A DNA stretch of 54,521 nucleotides from Xenococcaceae cyanobacterium MO_188.B19 (lineage in GTDB: Bacteria; Cyanobacteriota; Cyanobacteriia; Cyanobacteriales; Xenococcaceae). Under the pieces are notes generated by a model that saw nothing but the letters and a program-made list of their open reading frames with translations, did not search any database and was not told the origin of the DNA. The position numbers and the translations under genes were made by a program. This document shows, piece by piece, positions 50,871 to 54,521 of this stretch (position 1 is its first letter; every line of letters begins with the position of its first letter). Location of the stretch: NCBI GenBank assembly GCA_030065715.1, contig JASJDF010000002.1, positions 1 to 54,521 on the forward strand, written 5' to 3'.

Positions 50871-52979
50871 TTATTTTTTAGGGAGTGAAATTATAAATTT
50901 ACTACCTTTTCCTATTTCGCTTTCTACTCGTATTTTTCCTTGTTCTAGAGTTAAGAGTTCCTTGACTAAAAATAATCCTATTCCTTGTCCTCTATCGGTT
51001 TTATAAGATACCATAGGTTCAAAAATCTTTTTTTGCCGAGATAGTGGAATACCACTCCCATTATCTTCTACCCTAATTTCAATAAATTTTTGGCTATTTT
51101 TAGTTTTTACTTTAATTATAGGAGAGTAGTTATTATCCAGAGCTGACTCAGGTTTTACAGCATAAAAAGCATTATCAAGTAAATTTTCGATAATTATTTC
51201 TAAAGCTTCTCTATTTACTTTTGCTAAAGATAAACTGGAGTCATATATTTCTTGTACTGCAACTTGGTGTTCATATTGATCTCGTAAATGTGAAACCGTT
51301 TGTTCTATAAGTTGCTGAATTAACTCATTTATATTTGTTTTTTGTGAGTTTCTTCGTTTTCTTTTATTTGGAAGTTCCATAAATTCAGTAGTACGTTCTC
51401 TGTAAGTAGTAGTTCTCTGAATTTCTCTTAAAATTTTAGGATTTATTGTTTTAATTTCAGATATTTTTTTAAGTAAATCATTTAACTTTTGTGCTTCTTT
51501 AGTTTCTGAAAAAATTGAATCAGAAAATTCTCCATAATATTCTTGATGTTCTTTTTCAAGTTTCCTATAAATAGAAAATGATATCTGTTCTATAATTTTG
51601 GTACATTCCTCAATATATTGTGTATTGAATTTTATTAAACTTGAAGAATTTCCAAACTTATGATTAAGATAATTAGCTAATATTTTTAACCACAAAAAGT
51701 TTCTTCTTTCTTTATCTATCTGAACATAAGTATTAAGATAAAGAAAAGTTAGCCAGATTCCAAAAATTGGAGGAATAATAGGTATCCACCATCCAATCGT
51801 TTGAAAAGCTACAAGACTTGCGACGAACAATATGAAACTAAAAAATAGGCTAAACAAACCAGATATCAAGTATATTCTATCTATATTGAGAGAATAAAAC
51901 TTCAAAATAAGGAATGTCATGGTAGAGGTAGCGCACAGCAAAAGAATGTAGCTTATACCAAAAGGAGCTACTTTTAGTAAAGGTCGATTATCAAGGGCTG
52001 CGCTAATAATAGAACTGGCTACTTGTGCGGGAATTTCAACCCCGTAACTCCATTTTTGATATTTATTCCATTTCTTAATAGGAAGATAATGAATATCTGT
52101 GGTAGAAGAAGAAACATTTCCAATTAAAACAATTTTGTCTTGAAAAATATTGACAGGAATTTCTCCGTTTATAACATCAGTTACAGAATATTGAATAAAT
52201 GGATTATTGCCTTTGCGCCAGTTGACAAGGAAATCCCACCCGATTTTATTGTTAATGTAGCCTCCGTCAAAAGTCTTGATATCTTTTAAAGTTATCTGAG
52301 TTTCGTTTTTGAAAATTAAATAAGAGCCTAGGTCGATTAATCTCCCCTTCCATCCTTCTTTGGCTAAATAACTATAGCCTAAAGCTGTCCCAAGATAAGT
52401 GGCTGCTCTTTCCGTGTTGGGGTCATCTTTCTTCTTTCTGGGTCTGGGATCGATAAAAGATCGGCGTACAATATTGTCATCATCGGTGATGATATCTGAT
52501 GATGTCACTCTTTTAATACCAGAGGGGGGATTTGTGGTTGGAGGCAATACTTTTTCAATTCCCAACAGGTTGGGAGTAGAGCCAAAAATCTCTTGAAGAT
52601 TCTTATAAGCTGCTTGATTTTCCTCTTTTGATAATTGTCCAGAGACAACGGGAAGATCTCTATATAAATCCAGTCCAATTAAACGTGGTTGTTGTTTTCT
52701 GATTTTTTCAAGTAGAGTCGCTAATTTTTGGTCGGGAATAATTGACTCTTTGGATTTTTGAAGATCATCTTCAGTCCAAACAACCAAGACAATTCTTTCT
52801 TCTGTTGGTTCGGGAGTACTAAAATAGAATAGCAAATCATAGGATTTCCATTCCATCCATTGCAAAAATCCCAGGAGTCTCAAAACAACTACTGGGAAAA
52901 TAACAAATAACAGAATAGAGCCAAGTAATCGTAATCTTTTATTTACTTTTATATTGAACAGCTTTGATAATTTTCTCAC
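50871..52979 (-). CDS. CHASE2-domain sensor histidine kinase
   Basis: 702-aa ORF. N-terminal TM, an extracytoplasmic ~300-aa domain, then 3-4 TM segments (CHASE2 topology). H-box-like LANYLNHKFGNS. HATPase motifs NLLDNAFYAV, VEDNGSGIP, GQGIGLFLV. Confidence 0.75.
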   Translation of the reverse strand: MRKLSKLFNIKVNKRLRLLGSILLFVIFPVVVLRLLGFLQWMEWKSYDLLFYFSTPEPTEERIVLVVWTEDDLQKSKESIIPDQKLATLLEKIRKQQPRLIGLDLYRDLPVVSGQLSKEENQAAYKNLQEIFGSTPNLLGIEKVLPPTTNPPSGIKRVTSSDIITDDDNIVRRSFIDPRPRKKKDDPNTERAATYLGTALGYSYLAKEGWKGRLIDLGSYLIFKNETQITLKDIKTFDGGYINNKIGWDFLVNWRKGNNPFIQYSVTDVINGEIPVNIFQDKIVLIGNVSSSTTDIHYLPIKKWNKYQKWSYGVEIPAQVASSIISAALDNRPLLKVAPFGISYILLLCATSTMTFLILKFYSLNIDRIYLISGLFSLFFSFILFVASLVAFQTIGWWIPIIPPIFGIWLTFLYLNTYVQIDKERRNFLWLKILANYLNHKFGNSSSLIKFNTQYIEECTKIIEQISFSIYRKLEKEHQEYYGEFSDSIFSETKEAQKLNDLLKKISEIKTINPKILREIQRTTTYRERTTEFMELPNKRKRRNSQKTNINELIQQLIEQTVSHLRDQYEHQVAVQEIYDSSLSLAKVNREALEIIIENLLDNAFYAVKPESALDNNYSPIIKVKTKNSQKFIEIRVEDNGSGIPLSRQKKIFEPMVSYKTDRGQGIGLFLVKELLTLEQGKIRVESEIGKGSKFIISLPKK

Positions 52980-53135
52980 GGTAATAGAACGAGGAAACAG
53001 AAGCCTTGAACTAAAGTACGAGGGGGAAGTTCGATGCGAAACATTTTACCACTCAAAATTTAGCATTGTCGGTGGGAAGCCCACACGCTCTCCGCGATCG
53101 CGTTACCGTGTGCGAAGTGGTCACATACCGATGAA

Positions 53136-53876
53136 TTATAACTCTAAGATTTTGTAATTATCAGTTTCAATGTTCAGATTAATATCTTTTAGTAATTTTT
53201 TGATATATTCTTCTGATTTTAAGTGTTGTTTGGATTCCGCAGCCGAACTCAAAGCATCATACCATATCCCATTTTCAGCATAAATTCTAGCTTTGTCTAA
53301 AGAATTTTCTGCAAGAGAAAGCTGCTTGGTCAAAGCCTGGGCAACAGGAACTTTTAAGATTGCGCCTCTAAGAACTTGATCCGTTTGAGTAAAGTCATTG
53401 AGGCAGGGAATTGCGATTTGCCACACATAAATTGTTCCATCTTTCAGTTTGAAAGATAAAGGCAGTTTAATTTTATAAAAACCTTCTTTTTCTATTAGTA
53501 AAGTTTTCTCGAATTTTGGATTATCGGCGTTGATATCAGGAATTACTATACTGAAAGAGAGAGGCACTTCAGATGGAGTTTTTGCATAAATATAAAGATC
53601 GGGCGTACTGCTTACAGTATAGTGTGCTATTTCTGTTTCAGGAATCAAAAAATTTAAAGAATTTTTAGCAAACGGACTCTCGCAAATCGAACGAGAACCA
53701 CTAGCAGTAGTTCTTCTTTGATCTACCTTTTCTTCAGAAGGCTTTGGATTATAGTTTGGCAGTTCTCCATTGGCGGAAACTGGTAGAATAAGAAATGCTA
53801 AAAAGATGCTACATAAAGTAAAAAATTTGGCTGATAAAATTGTATTACGAAAAACCATATTTATTAACAAATTCAA
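53136..53876 (-). CDS. DUF928 domain-containing secreted protein
   Basis: 246-aa ORF with a signal peptide. SICESP...LIPE, PDLYIYAKTP, YVWQIAIPC, RGAILKV and the hallmark ARIYAENGIWYDALS match my recollection of the DUF928 signature. Confidence 0.7.
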   Translation of the reverse strand: MNLLINMVFRNTILSAKFFTLCSIFLAFLILPVSANGELPNYNPKPSEEKVDQRRTTASGSRSICESPFAKNSLNFLIPETEIAHYTVSSTPDLYIYAKTPSEVPLSFSIVIPDINADNPKFEKTLLIEKEGFYKIKLPLSFKLKDGTIYVWQIAIPCLNDFTQTDQVLRGAILKVPVAQALTKQLSLAENSLDKARIYAENGIWYDALSSAAESKQHLKSEEYIKKLLKDINLNIETDNYKILEL

Positions 53877-53964
53877 TTATTATTATTTTATTCTTAAAAG
53901 GTTATTAAAGCGGAAAGTCCCTCAAGAATAAAAAAAAAGTTTTTCTATGTACCTTACATAAAAA

Positions 53965-54521
53965 ATGTTAATTGTTCAAAACCTATTCAAGTTTAAAATA
54001 AGTGTTTTTCTTTCTTTTTTCTTGTTAATATTTTTATTTAGTTGTCCCGTACGCGCAGAGGTTGACTTGGATTCATTTTCGGAAAGAAGAATAAATCGAG
54101 TCGAGGTGGATTTGGGAGCGTATTATTGGAATAAAGGAAATATTGCCCAAGCCATTTCTGTCTGGAAAAAACAAGCTAAATTTTACCAGGAGCAAAAACT
54201 ATACGATCAAGAAGCCGAATTAAGGCTGTTAATCGCCCAAGGCTATACGAGAATCGGTCAATTTGATTTGGCTATTTTTCAATTAAATAACGTACTTTCT
54301 TTTGTCAAAGAACCTTTATTTTTGGCACAAACGTGGAAACAATTAGGAAATACTTACAATCGCAGCGGTGAATTTGACCAAGCTTTTTCTGCTTATGAAG
54401 AAAGTCTTAAATTACAAACATCTCTATCGACTCTAAATAATCTGGTAATACTTCTACAAAAAGAAATAAAAACTACTCAATTAAAAGCTGATAGTTCAAA
54501 AAAAGGAGGAGAAAGGGAAAA
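53965..54521 (+). CDS. TPR-repeat protein, 5' partial (probably the N-terminus of a CHAT-domain protein); not in the supplied ORF track because it runs off the window
   Basis: Open frame from ATG 53965 to the window end (185 codons). Signal-like FLSFFLLIFLFSCPVRA. TPR-like units (GAYYWNKGNIAQAISVWKK, LIAQGYTRIGQFDLAIFQL, LGNTYNRSGEFDQAFSAYEESL). Divergent from the DUF928 gene. Confidence 0.6.
   Translation, partial: MLIVQNLFKFKISVFLSFFLLIFLFSCPVRAEVDLDSFSERRINRVEVDLGAYYWNKGNIAQAISVWKKQAKFYQEQKLYDQEAELRLLIAQGYTRIGQFDLAIFQLNNVLSFVKEPLFLAQTWKQLGNTYNRSGEFDQAFSAYEESLKLQTSLSTLNNLVILLQKEIKTTQLKADSSKKGGERE

Noticed and set aside
52954-53157. 67-aa plus-strand ORF spanning the DUF928-CHASE2 spacer.
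   Set aside because: It overlaps both neighbouring genes on the opposite strand and is driven by the GC-rich palindromic island. It has no supporting features.
1-54521. Search for tRNA, rRNA, tmRNA, integrase/att sites or IS transposases that would mark an integrated ICE.
   Set aside because: I could not recognise any cloverleaf-like sequence, rRNA segment, tyrosine integrase or DDE transposase by eye. A dedicated Rep protein and a ParM-like cassette favour a plasmid. Running tRNAscan, Infernal and ISfinder would be needed to be sure.

Overview
AT-rich sequence that looks cyanobacterial: about a dozen HIP1 palindromes (GCGATCGC, e.g. 157, 1976, 7675, 11394, 15693, 22678, 24277, 28194, 42903, 47447, 50087, 53094) and heptamer tandem repeats. 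Most of the window reads as a large conjugative plasmid or ICE. Left arm (252-11488, nearly all minus strand): a PhoD-like phosphatase, several small operons of unknown membrane or soluble proteins, and two orphan periplasmic binding proteins. 12260-13944: an actin-like ParM/ParR-type partition cassette with a repeat array upstream. 13827-15061: a 1.2 kb non-coding hub rich in repeats (candidate oriT, iteron-like repeats, shared operators). 15062-20017: a 1651-aa MOBF/TrwC-type relaxase fused to a RecD-like helicase and a C-terminal Toprim-like domain. 19989-22591: a tightly packed AbiEi-like / HIRAN-type / N-terminally truncated HipA-like kinase operon, which I consider the best candidate for an undescribed system. 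24079-38981: a long minus-strand type IV secretion operon. It encodes a VirD4-like coupling protein, an M23 peptidase, VirB9/10/8/6-like proteins, a VirB3-B4 fusion ATPase and two paralogous pilin-like genes, consistent with the poorly studied cyanobacterial MPF class. 39400-44361: a catalytically degenerate serine-recombinase homolog, a DUF3991/Toprim protein, an SF2 helicase and a receiver-DUF3102 fusion. 44524-54521: a TpsB/ShlB-type outer-membrane transporter, a 1227-aa primase-helicase Rep protein behind a 1 kb non-coding leader, a CHASE2 histidine kinase, a DUF928 protein and the 5' part of a TPR (probably CHAT) protein. No rRNA, tRNA, CRISPR array or intact transposase was seen. All family assignments come from motifs read by eye and from memory of family signatures; no searches were run.
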